Shown: positions 1 to 8,475, numbered from the stretch's first letter. The stretch: DNA of 32,599 nucleotides from an uncultured Pseudomonadota bacterium (GCA_903918705.1 CAIXFP010000343.1:1-32599); one strand, 5' to 3'. The notes: a model not told the origin generated them from the letters alone. Translations and numbers: made by a program.

Positions 1-20
1 ATTACAACACCGGCGATCGC

Positions 21-401
21 ATGGCGACCTGGGGCAAGTACGGCCTGTTCTGGGGCTGGATCTGGGGGCTCCTGTTCGGCTCCGCATTCTTCATCATTCC
101 CGGGCTGGGCCCGGTGATGGTGGCCGGCCCGCTGGTGAGCTGGATCATCGGCGCACTCGAAACCGCGGTGGTCACCGGTGGCATTACCGCCCTGGGCGGG
201 GCGCTGGCGAGCATCGGGATTCCCAAGGACAGCGTGATTCGCTACGAAGGTGCGCTCAAGGCCAACAAATTCATTCTCATCGTACATGGCAGCGCTGCGG
301 ATATTGAAACCGTGAAGAACATCCTGATGCAAAACAAGGCCGCAGAAACCAGTATCCACAATGAAACTTCCGGCACCCAGCTATTGCTGGCCTGCCAGTA
401 A
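21..401 (+). CDS. Small membrane stress protein (glycine-zipper TM region plus YflT/general-stress-17M-like C-terminal domain; DUF1269-like)
   Basis: 126-aa ORF. A G-rich hydrophobic stretch (GLFWGWIWGLLFG...GGITALGGALASIG) is followed by a soluble tail (KDSVIRYEGALKANKFILIVHG). The frame stays open to the window edge and no SD is visible before the ATG at 21, so the true start may lie upstream of the window. Confidence 0.6.
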   Translation: MATWGKYGLFWGWIWGLLFGSAFFIIPGLGPVMVAGPLVSWIIGALETAVVTGGITALGGALASIGIPKDSVIRYEGALKANKFILIVHGSAADIETVKNILMQNKAAETSIHNETSGTQLLLACQ

Positions 402-440
402 TCCGCTGTGCCGCGAAGCCGGTAAATGAAGGAAAAAACC

Positions 441-1487
441 ATGCTCAACAAACTTTTAATTCTCTGTTCTCTCATCTTCACTGTGGCGCCGGCCGCGGCG
501 CAAATGAACTTTGGCATGCGGGAAGGCAACACCAGCATCGGCATCAACCTGTCGCTGTTTCCCGAACTGGAGCCGGTGCCGGGCTATCCGGTCTACTACG
601 CGCCGCGGCTGAATTCGAACTACTTTTTCTACGACGGCATGTACTGGGTCTACCAGGCCGACAACTGGTACTCCAGTTCCTGGTACAACGGGCCGTGGTG
701 GTGGGTGGCGCCGGAGAATGTGCCCTTCTATCTCCTGCGCGTACCGGTACGGTATTACCGGCAACCACCCCCGTATTTCCAAGGCTGGCAGGCGAGTTCG
801 CCGCCACGCTGGAACGAACATTGGGGTCAGGACTGGGCGCGCAGGCGCCGGGGTTGGGACCACTGGAACCACGCCGCGGCCCCCACGCGCGCACCGCTGC
901 CGTTGTATCAGCGGCAATATGCCGGCCCGCGTTATCCCGACGTGACACAGCAACGGGCGCTGCAAAGCCAGAATTACCGTTATCAACCCCATGAGCCGGT
1001 GGCGCAGGCAGCGCGTCCGCAAGGCGCGGCAGCCCCCGTTCCTCGGGCACTGCCGGGGCGCGCGCCGACGCGGGCCCCGGAACACCGCGGCGACCAGCGC
1101 GGCAATACGCCGGCCTGGAATCAGGAGCTCGCGCCCACCGCGCCCCAGGCTAGGCCACCGCAACCGGAACGGGAACGCGCCGGGCGGGAGGCGGCCAGGC
1201 CGGCAGCACAGCAGCAGCATCGGCAACCGGAACCGGACTATCCATCCGTCCGGGCCCAGCAGAACCCGGCAAACTCGCAACATCTGCAGCCCCACCAGGG
1301 GGGCAACGGGATGGCGCCAACTCCGGAACGGCATGGCGGTCCGCCCGCCCCGCAGGAGAACCGGCAGCAGCAGCGGCCCAAGCCGCAAGAAGCCGGCGGC
1401 CAAGCCAAGGCGGCGCCCCCCCGGCAGGAGGAACACCGGCAGGGTCCGGGACCGGAGAATGGCGAGGAGCACGACCACAAGCGCTAA
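441..1487 (+). CDS. Secreted hypothetical protein: W/Y-rich N-terminal domain plus a roughly 200-aa P/Q/R/A-rich low-complexity tail
   Basis: Signal peptide MLNKLLILCSLIFTVAPAAAQ. AAGGA lies 6 nt upstream of the ATG at 441; an alternative in-frame ATG at 426 has no SD. The conserved-looking block is PGYPVYYAPRLNSNYFFYDGMYWVY..WYNGPWWWV..RVPVRYYRQPPPYFQGW. Confidence 0.7.
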   Translation: MLNKLLILCSLIFTVAPAAAQMNFGMREGNTSIGINLSLFPELEPVPGYPVYYAPRLNSNYFFYDGMYWVYQADNWYSSSWYNGPWWWVAPENVPFYLLRVPVRYYRQPPPYFQGWQASSPPRWNEHWGQDWARRRRGWDHWNHAAAPTRAPLPLYQRQYAGPRYPDVTQQRALQSQNYRYQPHEPVAQAARPQGAAAPVPRALPGRAPTRAPEHRGDQRGNTPAWNQELAPTAPQARPPQPERERAGREAARPAAQQQHRQPEPDYPSVRAQQNPANSQHLQPHQGGNGMAPTPERHGGPPAPQENRQQQRPKPQEAGGQAKAAPPRQEEHRQGPGPENGEEHDHKR

Positions 1488-1576
1488 CTGATGGTGGCCG
1501 GGCGGCCGGGAAAAAGGCAACGCCCATGTCAGCAACAGAGTTGCTGATTGCATTGGCGCCAGGCCACCCCCCCAGA

Positions 1577-1596
1577 CCCCCTTTGCAAAAGGGGGG
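1577..1596. terminator. GC-rich hairpin between convergent genes (possible bidirectional terminator)
   Basis: cccccttt-gc-aaaagggggg lies between the stop of the + gene (1487) and the stop of the - gene (1607). A second perfect hairpin, tcagcaac-aga-gttgctga, is at 1529-1547. Confidence 0.4.
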
Positions 1597-1606
1597 AGTC
1601 AGCCTG

Positions 1607-2470
1607 CTAACGATCCAGCCCGCTCACCAGAACGCTGACCAGGGGCACCGGACGTAATCCCGCCGGCCCGGTGAAGCTGCCGGCCACCGGCGGCACGGCT
1701 TCCGGGTGGCGGGCGACGGCGATGGGGATGTGGCGGTTGTCGGTGAGTTCGCCGCTGGTGGGGTCGAAGCCCTTCCAGCCCGGGCCGGGCAGATAGACCT
1801 CGGCCCAGGCGTGGGTGGAGCCGATGGCGCTGGACGTGGCGGAGATGTCCAGGTAGCCGCTGACGAAGCGGCTGGCCAGGCCCAGGTGGCGGCAGCCTTC
1901 CATGAACAGGGCGGCGAAGTCGCGGCACGAGCCGGTGCCGCTGGCCAGGGTCGTGGCCGGCGACTGCACCCCCGGCGCCTCGCGGGCCTGGTAGGCGAAT
2001 CGGCCGGCGATGTCGCGGTTCATGCGGTCGAGCAGCACGTAGGTTTCAATCGGTCCCGGCAGGCAGCCCAGGCTAGCGAGCCAGGCCTGCACCGCGCGGC
2101 GGTCCTGGTCATAGACGCTCTGGCGGAAGGCGGCGAGATCGGGCTGTTCCGCCGGCGCGTAGTCGAAGGGGTAGCTGACCGCGTATGCCTCCACCACGAA
2201 ATCCAGGGGTGCGTCCTCGAACATCTGGACGCACACCGTACTGGCGATGCGCACGTGGTCCGAGGCCTGGAGGAAGTCGACGCTGGCGACGGAATTGTCG
2301 AGGGCGTCGCGCTGCCAGCGGAGGCGGTGGGCGGGGTAGATGTCCAGGGTGGAAGACTCCAGGCGCAAGGTATGGCTCTCGCGTGGGTGCAGCAGGAGCC
2401 GGTGCGGCTGCAGGGTCACGAAACTGGCGAAGCGGTATTCGGTGATGTGGCAGATCTGCAGGCGTCGCAT
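1607..2470 (-). CDS. Transglutaminase-like cysteine protease family protein (Bact_transglu_N + transglutaminase core)
   Basis: 287 aa. Cys-His-Asp triad context: GTGSCRDFAALF, STHAWAEVYLPG, GFDPTSG. N-terminus MRRLQICHITEYRF is typical of the family. It starts 3 nt after the stop of the upstream gene. Confidence 0.9.
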   Translation of the reverse strand: MRRLQICHITEYRFASFVTLQPHRLLLHPRESHTLRLESSTLDIYPAHRLRWQRDALDNSVASVDFLQASDHVRIASTVCVQMFEDAPLDFVVEAYAVSYPFDYAPAEQPDLAAFRQSVYDQDRRAVQAWLASLGCLPGPIETYVLLDRMNRDIAGRFAYQAREAPGVQSPATTLASGTGSCRDFAALFMEGCRHLGLASRFVSGYLDISATSSAIGSTHAWAEVYLPGPGWKGFDPTSGELTDNRHIPIAVARHPEAVPPVAGSFTGPAGLRPVPLVSVLVSGLDR

Positions 2471-2473
2471 GGG

Positions 2474-3112
2474 TCAGGCGGAATACCAGAGGACGGCACA
2501 GAAATGGCAGGCGCTGCCCAGCAAGACGAAGAGGTGCCAAATGAAATGGCCGAATTTCACCCGCGCATCGGTCAGGTAGAACACCACCCCCAGCGTGTAG
2601 GCAAGGCCGCCCGCCACCAGCCAGGCCACGCCGGCGCCGGCGACCCGTTGCAGCAGGGGGGCCGCGGCGATCACCACCAGCCAGCCCATGGCCAGGTAGA
2701 GTCCGGTGGACAGCAGGGGATGGCGCAGCCGGTCGCAGGCCTTGAGCGCCAGTCCCAGGCCGGCCAGGCCCCAGACCAGGCCGAACAGGGTCCAGCCCCA
2801 GGGGCCGTGCAGGGCGCCCAGGGCGAACGGGGTATAGCTGCCGGCGATGAACAGGTAGATGGCGCCGTGATCCAGCTTGCCGCACACGTCCTTGGCGCGG
2901 CCCGGCGGCAAGCCGTGGTAGACCGTGGAACTGAGGTAGAGCAGCACCATGGTGGCGGCGAAGACGGCGGCGCCGACGATGTTGGCCGCATGCCCGTCCC
3001 GCGCCGTGGCGACCAGCAGGATGGGCGCCGCGGCCACGGCCAGGAGCAGGCCCAGGCCATGGCTGGCGCTGTTGGCGAACTCTTCCTTGCTGGATTGGGG
3101 GCGTTGTTCCAT
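2474..3112 (-). CDS. trhA: Hemolysin III / PAQR family membrane protein
   Basis: Seven predicted TM segments. Family motifs: EEFANSASHGLG, YLSSTVYH, LDHGAIYLFIAGSYTP, HFIWHLFVLLGSACHF. The ATG at 3112 gives an N-terminus of homologue-like length. An in-frame GTG at 3175 (the track's start) would overlap the cbpM 3' end. Confidence 0.85.
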   Translation of the reverse strand: MEQRPQSSKEEFANSASHGLGLLLAVAAAPILLVATARDGHAANIVGAAVFAATMVLLYLSSTVYHGLPPGRAKDVCGKLDHGAIYLFIAGSYTPFALGALHGPWGWTLFGLVWGLAGLGLALKACDRLRHPLLSTGLYLAMGWLVVIAAAPLLQRVAGAGVAWLVAGGLAYTLGVVFYLTDARVKFGHFIWHLFVLLGSACHFCAVLWYSA

Positions 3113-3164
3113 GGCGAGCGCGTGTTGCCGGGAGGGAAAGGATATACCCGACCGCTCCAGCCGA

Positions 3165-3482
3165 TCAGGCCGCACCGCTCCGCTCCAGGCGCGCCTGCAG
3201 GGCGACGAGGTCGTCGAGCAGGTCCAGCACCATGGCGATGCCGGGCGGGTTGATCTCGAGATCGCGGCTCAGCCACAGAGCCAGCTTGGCGCGCCGCAGC
3301 GACGGGCCGGTGAAGCGCCACTCCTGGGGTGCCGCGCCCACCGGATCGAGCACGCCCTCGTACACCCAGGCGATGACGTGGGCCTCGGGGGCGCGGCAGG
3401 CCCGGCACAACTCCACCAGGGTGAACTGCATCTCCTCCGCGACGATGGGCAGGGGGACCAATGGATTGTTGTATGAATTCAT
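3165..3482 (-). CDS. cbpM: Chaperone modulator CbpM (MerR-like HTH)
   Basis: 105 aa (MNSYNNPL...LQARLERSGAA). Its ATG overlaps the cbpA stop (ATGA at 3479-3482), the classic cbpAM arrangement. The 346-aa ORF in the track is an artefactual N-terminal extension running antisense/off-frame through cbpA. Confidence 0.85.
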   Translation of the reverse strand: MNSYNNPLVPLPIVAEEMQFTLVELCRACRAPEAHVIAWVYEGVLDPVGAAPQEWRFTGPSLRRAKLALWLSRDLEINPPGIAMVLDLLDDLVALQARLERSGAA

Positions 3483-4417
3483 GATGGATTCACTCCCTGT
3501 TGGATGCGTGGGTTGAAATCGAAGGCACGGGCCAGTGCGCGATAGGCTTCCTTTTCGCCCTCGCTGACCGCTGCCGGCTGGACGATGCCCAGCACCGCAT
3601 AGAGATCGCCGGCGGGATTGCCGGGGATGCCTTTGCCTTTGAGGCGCAAGCGGCGACCCGCCGTGGACCCGGCGGGAATGGCGAGTTGCAGCGATCCATC
3701 CGGGGTCGGCAGGCTCAACGAACAGCCGAGGGCGGCTTCCCAGGGAGCCAGCGCCAGGTCGAGGAACACGTCGCGGCCGTTGACGCGGTAGCGCGAATGC
3801 GGGTTGAAGCCGATCTCCAGGTACAGGTCGCCCGCCGGTCCTTCGCCCAGGCCCGGTTCGCCCTGTCCGGCCAGGCGCAGATGCTGGCCGGCGCGGATGC
3901 CCTTGGGGATGGTGACGTCGAGGCGGCGTTGACGCAGGACCACGTGCCCCTCGGCATCCACGGTCGGCAACTGCAGCGAGATGCCGCGCAGGGCGCCGCG
4001 ATAGGCATCTTCCAGGTCGATCATCACCCCGGCGTGATGGTCCTCGCCGCGGCCATGGCCGCCGGCGCGGCGCGCGTTGCGGGACTGGCGGCCGAACAGG
4101 GCCTCGAAGAAATCGCTCTGATCCGCCGAGTCGCTGCCGGCGCCGCTGTACTCGAAACCGTCGTCCCAACCCGGTGGCGGCTGAAACTCCTGGCCACCCT
4201 GCCATTGGCTGCCCATCTGGTCGTAGGCGGCGCGTTTCTCCGGATCCTTGAGCACGGCATAGGCTTCGCCGAGTTCCTTGAAGCGGCTCTCGGCATCGGC
4301 CGCCTTGCTCACATCCGGGTGGTATTTGCGCGCCAGCTTGCGGTAGGCGCGCTTGATCTCGTCCTGGGTCGCTTCGCGCGGCAGGCCGAAGGTTGCGTAG
4401 TAGTCCTTGAATTTCAT
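3479..4417 (-). CDS. cbpA: Curved-DNA-binding protein CbpA (DnaJ-class co-chaperone without a zinc finger)
   Basis: 312 aa. J domain: MKFKDYYATFGL...AYRKLARKYHPDVSK (HPD motif). The C-terminal DnaJ_C substrate-binding region follows. Confidence 0.93.
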   Translation of the reverse strand: MKFKDYYATFGLPREATQDEIKRAYRKLARKYHPDVSKAADAESRFKELGEAYAVLKDPEKRAAYDQMGSQWQGGQEFQPPPGWDDGFEYSGAGSDSADQSDFFEALFGRQSRNARRAGGHGRGEDHHAGVMIDLEDAYRGALRGISLQLPTVDAEGHVVLRQRRLDVTIPKGIRAGQHLRLAGQGEPGLGEGPAGDLYLEIGFNPHSRYRVNGRDVFLDLALAPWEAALGCSLSLPTPDGSLQLAIPAGSTAGRRLRLKGKGIPGNPAGDLYAVLGIVQPAAVSEGEKEAYRALARAFDFNPRIQQGVNPS

Positions 4418-4430
4418 GGCTGTAATCCGG

Positions 4431-5129
4431 TTATCCGCCGCCGCCGAACAGCTTGCCCGCGGCGGTGGTCAGGGCCATGGCCAGCGCCCCCCAGAACACC
4501 ACCCGGAGCGCTGCCCGGAATATCGGTGCGCCTCCGGCCCGGGCGGCCAGCGCCCCCAGCGCGGTGAGGACCACCAGGGAGGTGGCGGCCACCCCTTGCG
4601 GCAGCCAGGGCGTCGGCGCCAGCCAGGCCGCCAGGAGGGGCAACACGGCGCCGGCGGCGAAGGTCAGGGCCGAGGTCAGGGCGGCCTGCACCGGCCGCGC
4701 GGCCATGGCCAGGGTGATGCCCAGTTCGTCCTTGGCATGGGCGCCGATCGCGTCGTGGGCCATCAACTGCCGGGAGACCTCCGCCGCCAGTTCCGGCGTG
4801 AGGCCGCGCCTGACGTAGATGTTCGCCAGTTCCTGGTGCTCCTGCACCGGCTGCGCTGCCAGTTCGGCACGCTCGCGGGCCAGGTCGGCCTGTTCGGTGT
4901 CGGCCTGGGAACTCACCGAGACATACTCGCCCGCCGCCATCGACATCGCCCCGGCCACCAGGGCGGCGACGCCGGCCAGCAGCAACTCGGCGCGCACCGC
5001 ATGGGCCGCCGCCACCCCCAGCATCAGGCTGGCGGTGGAGAGGATGCCGTCATTGGCGCCCAGCACGGCTGCGCGCAGCCAGCCGATGCGGCGGGCGCGA
5101 TGGGCTTCGCTGTGGCGGGATCGGGCCAT
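4431..5129 (-). CDS. VIT1/CCC1-family (iron/manganese) transporter
   Basis: 232 aa from the internal ATG at 5129: MARSRHSEAHRARRIGWLRAAVLGANDGILSTASLMLGV is the family's signature N-terminus. TM-rich C-terminus. The upstream part of the 330-aa track ORF overlaps the next gene. Confidence 0.88.
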   Translation of the reverse strand: MARSRHSEAHRARRIGWLRAAVLGANDGILSTASLMLGVAAAHAVRAELLLAGVAALVAGAMSMAAGEYVSVSSQADTEQADLARERAELAAQPVQEHQELANIYVRRGLTPELAAEVSRQLMAHDAIGAHAKDELGITLAMAARPVQAALTSALTFAAGAVLPLLAAWLAPTPWLPQGVAATSLVVLTALGALAARAGGAPIFRAALRVVFWGALAMALTTAAGKLFGGGG

Positions 5130-5140
5130 GGCGGAAAATA

Positions 5141-5353
5141 TTATTTCGTGTCGGTGTCGGCCGGTTTGCCCTTGGCCGCATCCTGGATGTGGTCGCCGAG
5201 TTGTTCGACCTTCACCCCGGCTTGTTCCATCGCTTTGTCGACTTCCTTGCCTGCATGCTCCGCTGGGCCTTCCGGTTTCTGGCAGCCGGGCGATGCGATC
5301 AGCAGGGCGCTCAGACCTAGGGCTGTGGCGACGATCTTGATGTGCTTGAACAT
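5141..5353 (-). CDS. Small secreted protein or lipoprotein (70 aa)
   Basis: Signal-like N-terminus MFKHIKIVATALGLSALLIASPGC with a non-canonical lipobox, then a charged K/E/D-rich tail. AGGAAA lies upstream of the ATG. It is 11 nt upstream of the VIT gene. Confidence 0.65.
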   Translation of the reverse strand: MFKHIKIVATALGLSALLIASPGCQKPEGPAEHAGKEVDKAMEQAGVKVEQLGDHIQDAAKGKPADTDTK

Positions 5354-5479
5354 GGAAATTTCCTGGTGGCTCGCTCACCGGCAGGCGAGCGTGGCCGGGT
5401 TGGGCCCGCGCAATGCGGGACAACGGTGCGCAGCCAACGCCCCGGCCGATTCGCCGGGGTGCGTGGTGCGGCGAGCATT

Positions 5480-5692
5480 TCAGTGGCCCCGGACTTCATG
5501 GCCGATGATGCCGCCGACCGCCGCGCCGCCGATGGTTCCGGCTGCGCTACCGCCGGTCAGGATGGCGCCGCCGAGGGCGCCCACGCCGGCACCCACCGCG
5601 GTGTTCTGGTCACGATGCGACATCCCGGCACAGCCGCCGAGGAGCAAGGCCGCGGTAGCGGCGCTGTATGCGAATTTCTGCATGGTTCTCAT
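5480..5692 (-). CDS. Glycine-zipper 2TM domain lipoprotein (17-kDa antigen/OsmB-like)
   Basis: 70 aa from the ATG at 5692: MRTMQKFAYSAATAALLLGGC (lipobox LLGGC), then GAGVGALGGAILTGGSAAGTIGGAAVGGIIG. GAGGAA lies upstream. The longer 157-aa track ORF is an extension. Confidence 0.8.
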   Translation of the reverse strand: MRTMQKFAYSAATAALLLGGCAGMSHRDQNTAVGAGVGALGGAILTGGSAAGTIGGAAVGGIIGHEVRGH

Positions 5693-5792
5693 GGTGTTTC
5701 CTCTATCTGAACGTTGTGGTCCCAATACTGGGTATCGGGTTGATACGGTTGCAGCTGACAGTTCGATCTTGGTCCGTGCGTCCGACACTGTC

Positions 5793-5808
5793 TGTCTGCT
5801 GACGTACA
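5793..5808 (-). promoter_or_regulatory. Candidate Crp/Fnr-type operator (box 1)
   Basis: Gene-oriented sequence: TA-TGTAC-GTCAGC-AGACA-GAC. It lies 101-116 nt upstream of the glycine-zipper lipoprotein ATG and fits TGT-N10-ACA geometry. Confidence 0.4.
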
Positions 5809-5861
5809 TAAGCGGCAGCGGTGCTTGCATATCCTGGTCGGTGACGGCCAGCACCCTGCCG

Positions 5862-7268
5862 CTATTTCGGGTAGTTGAAGATGATGTTGACCCGACGGTT
5901 TTCCTGCTGCCCTTCCAGGCTGGTGTTGTAGGCGAAGCGCCGAGTCTCGCCAAAGCCTTGCGCCGCGAGCCGCGAGCGCGCGATGCCGAAGCGCTCGACC
6001 AAGATGTTCACCACGTTGCGCGCCCGCTGCCGGGAGACTTCCATCGCCTGCGCCGGGGTTCCCTGCAGATTGCCGGTGTGGCCTTCCACCGTCGCGGTGA
6101 TGGCGGGGTTCGCTTTCATCAGATAGGCCACTTTGGCCAGTTCGCTGTCGTATTGCGCTTTGACCTCAGCCTGGTTCTGGTCGAACTCGATCAGCAGAGC
6201 CATGGTGAGTCGGGCGGGAATCACCGTCAGGCCCGCCACATCCGTGGCGCAGGCGATGACGGCATCAATGCGCCGGTTCATGCGCTTGCCGAGCTCGCTG
6301 TCATTGGCCACCAGGGGGCGCGACTCGCCGTAGCCCACCGCCGCCAGGCGGCCGGGGGCGATGTGGCTGTTGTTTACCAGGTAGCTCACCACGCTCTCCG
6401 CCCGGCGCTGGGACAGAGCCTGGTTGTGTTCGACCGTGCCCACGTTGTCGCTGTGGCCCTCGATCAAGCCGGTGCTGTCGGGGTATTTATTGAGGAACAC
6501 ACCCAGCGCGGCGAGCTTGTCCTTCTCTTCGCGCTGGATGGCGTCCTGGTCGATCTCGAACTGGATGTCCAGGATGCCGCAGTACTGCTCGGTGCGGACC
6601 GGCACCACCACCAGGACCGGTGCGGCGCTGACGATGGGTGTCGGCGTCGGCAACGGGGCGGCGGCGACCGGTTCCTGCAGGGCGGTTTTCACGGCGTGGG
6701 CCGGGGTCTTGCCGCCGAAGCGATAGACCAGACCCAGGGAGAGGAGATCGATGTTGCCTTTGCTGCCGATGCCGTCGTTGACCCGGTAGCGCTCGGTTTC
6801 GAGGCGCAGGTCCAGGGACGGGGTGAAGGCGTATTGCACCCCCAGGCCGTATTTGAGATTCGTGTCGCGCTTGCTGGTATTGGCGATACCGTTGAAGGTG
6901 TCGTTCGTATCGGCGTAGTTCAATCCGGCCCGGGCAAATGCCGACCACTTGTCGCCCAAGGGCAGGAGGCCGACCGCATCGAGATTCAGGCCTTTCACCT
7001 TGTAGCTGCCGCTCAGGGCGCCCGGCGGCAACGAGGTGGCACTGAAGCCGAAACGGCCCAGGTCGAAATAGCCGCCTTCGAGGGCGAAATTCCTGTTGAA
7101 CTGGTAACCGCCGAACAGCTTGTAGCCGCTATCGTGGTTGTCGCTGTCGAGGTGCGAACGTGACTGGCCCAGATTGACGCCGCCATACCAGCCGGGGTCG
7201 TCCGCCAGCGCAACAGGGCTGACCAGGACTGCGAGGGCCGCCATCCATGACATGTTTGCCGCTTTCAT
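5862..7268 (-). CDS. OmpA-family outer-membrane protein: N-terminal beta-barrel plus two tandem OmpA_C peptidoglycan-binding domains
   Basis: 468 aa from the ATG at 7268, with AGGAG 7 nt upstream. Signal peptide MKAANMSWMAALAVLVSPVALA. Barrel repeats (GYKLFGGYQF, GLGVQYAF, LSLGLVYRF). Pro-rich linker. Two OmpA_C units (IEGHSDNVG..NQALSQRRAESV..NRRIDAVI and VEGHTGNLQ..EVSRQRARNV..NRRVNIIF). Confidence 0.9.
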   Translation of the reverse strand: MKAANMSWMAALAVLVSPVALADDPGWYGGVNLGQSRSHLDSDNHDSGYKLFGGYQFNRNFALEGGYFDLGRFGFSATSLPPGALSGSYKVKGLNLDAVGLLPLGDKWSAFARAGLNYADTNDTFNGIANTSKRDTNLKYGLGVQYAFTPSLDLRLETERYRVNDGIGSKGNIDLLSLGLVYRFGGKTPAHAVKTALQEPVAAAPLPTPTPIVSAAPVLVVVPVRTEQYCGILDIQFEIDQDAIQREEKDKLAALGVFLNKYPDSTGLIEGHSDNVGTVEHNQALSQRRAESVVSYLVNNSHIAPGRLAAVGYGESRPLVANDSELGKRMNRRIDAVIACATDVAGLTVIPARLTMALLIEFDQNQAEVKAQYDSELAKVAYLMKANPAITATVEGHTGNLQGTPAQAMEVSRQRARNVVNILVERFGIARSRLAAQGFGETRRFAYNTSLEGQQENRRVNIIFNYPK

Positions 7269-7325
7269 GCTTTTCTCCTGAGGTCGTGCTACTCGACCAC
7301 GGTGGGCGGCATGCCCCAAAGCGTC

Positions 7326-7341
7326 TGTCTGCTGGCGCACA
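7326..7341 (-). promoter_or_regulatory. Candidate Crp/Fnr-type operator (box 2)
   Basis: Gene-oriented sequence: TA-TGTGC-GCCAGC-AGACA-GAC. It lies 58-73 nt upstream of the OmpA-family ATG. Confidence 0.45.
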
Positions 7342-7380
7342 TACCCCGCAGACCTGCACCCTCAACATCCCGCTGCGAAG

Positions 7381-7396
7381 TGTTCGCTGGCGAACA
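7381..7396 (-). promoter_or_regulatory. Candidate Crp/Fnr-type operator (box 3, perfect half-sites)
   Basis: TGTTC-GCCAGC-GAACA in gene orientation. It is embedded in the perfect 8-2-8 palindrome GTGTTCGC-TG-GCGAACAC (7380-7397), in the divergent ompA-like/crp region. Confidence 0.5.
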
Positions 7397-7533
7397 CAGC
7401 TAAAGGAATTACCAGGTCACACTCCACCCACCCCTATGAACTCGTGACTATGATTCGTACCCTGATGCACGGGGTGGCTGGTCGTAAACCACCCGCTCGC
7501 ATCAGTCCTTCGAGATCATTATGCAAACTCCTA

Positions 7534-8241
7534 ATGCCCCCCCCCCAGAACCATCTACTGGCCGCCCTGCCTCCTGACGAATACGCGCGCCTGTCGCAGC
7601 ACCTGGTACTGGTGCCCATGGCGCTCGGCCAATCGCTCTGCGAGCCCGGCATGAAGATGCACCACGTCTACTTCCCCACCACCAGCATCATTTCCCTGCT
7701 CTACGTGATGGAGGATGGCGCCTCCGCCGAGATCGCCGTGGTCGGCTTCGAGGGGCTGGTCGGCGTCTCCCTGTTCATGGGTGGTGAAACCACCACCAGC
7801 CGGGCCGTGGTGCAAAGCGCCGGCCACGCCTACCGCCTGCGCGGGCCGCTGCTGAAGGAGGAGTTCTTCCGCGCCGGGCCGATGCAGCGCCTCCTGCTGC
7901 GCTACACCCAATCCTTGCTGACCCAGATGGCGCAGACCGCGGTGTGCAACCGCCACCATTCCCTGGGCCAGCAACTCTGCCGCTGGCTGCTGCTGAGCCT
8001 GGACCGCCTGCCCGGCAACGAATTGGTCATGACCCAGGAACTGATCGCCAACATGCTCGGGGTACGCCGCGAAGGCGTCACCGAAGCCGCCGGCCACCTA
8101 CAGAAAGAGGGCCTGATCGAGTATCACCGCGGCCACATCACGGTCCTCGACCGCAAGGGATTGGAAGCGCGGGTGTGCGAATGCTATTCGGTGGTGAAGA
8201 AGGAAAACGACCGCCTGCTACCGGAGTTCCTGGGACACTGA
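7534..8241 (+). CDS. Crp/Fnr-family transcriptional regulator (paralogue 1)
   Basis: 235 aa from the ATG at 7534. This start was chosen by alignment with paralogue 3 (MPPPQNHLLAALP vs MPTPSSPSQNHLLAALP). cNMP-binding-like beta-roll (HVYFPTTSIISL..EIAVVGFEGLVG) and C-terminal HTH (MTQELIANMLGVRREGVTEAAGHLQKEGLI). Confidence 0.88.
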   Translation: MPPPQNHLLAALPPDEYARLSQHLVLVPMALGQSLCEPGMKMHHVYFPTTSIISLLYVMEDGASAEIAVVGFEGLVGVSLFMGGETTTSRAVVQSAGHAYRLRGPLLKEEFFRAGPMQRLLLRYTQSLLTQMAQTAVCNRHHSLGQQLCRWLLLSLDRLPGNELVMTQELIANMLGVRREGVTEAAGHLQKEGLIEYHRGHITVLDRKGLEARVCECYSVVKKENDRLLPEFLGH

Positions 8242-8312
8242 TCCGGGCGCGGGGTTGCCGCCCCCTGTAACAAGGCGCTCAAGAAACACCCATTCACCCT
8301 CTGATTTTGTAG

Positions 8313-8376
8313 GGTGGATAAGCGTAGCGCATCCACCTATGACGGCGGTGATGGTGGATGAGCCGCGCTTATCCAC
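8313..8376. repeat. Pair of inverted REP-type hairpins (BIME-like)
   Basis: The two hairpins are ggtggat-aagcgtagcgc-atccacc (8313-8337) and ggtggatgagc-cgc-gcttatccac (8353-8376). The second is roughly the reverse complement of the first. They lie just downstream of crp paralogue 1. Confidence 0.7.
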
Positions 8377-8475
8377 TAGTTCAGGGCGAACGGATTCATT
8401 CAGCCTCTCCCTTGGCGCGGCAGTTCCAGTGGGGACTTCCACTACCACGACACAACCCACCGAAATCCGGCGCTA

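Noticed and set aside
3483-4205. N-terminal 241 codons of the 346-aa track ORF that ends as cbpM
   Set aside because: This part overlaps cbpA in another frame. The internal ATG at 3482 gives a CbpM-sized protein with the canonical ATGA overlap.
4407-7163. 918-aa + strand ORF spanning five minus-strand genes. Similar long ORFs occur at 1706-3253 (+), 456-1553 (-), 3500-4567 (+), 13625-14608 (-) and 17457-19139 (+).
   Set aside because: All run antisense to well-supported genes, cross gene boundaries, and have GC-artefact amino-acid composition.
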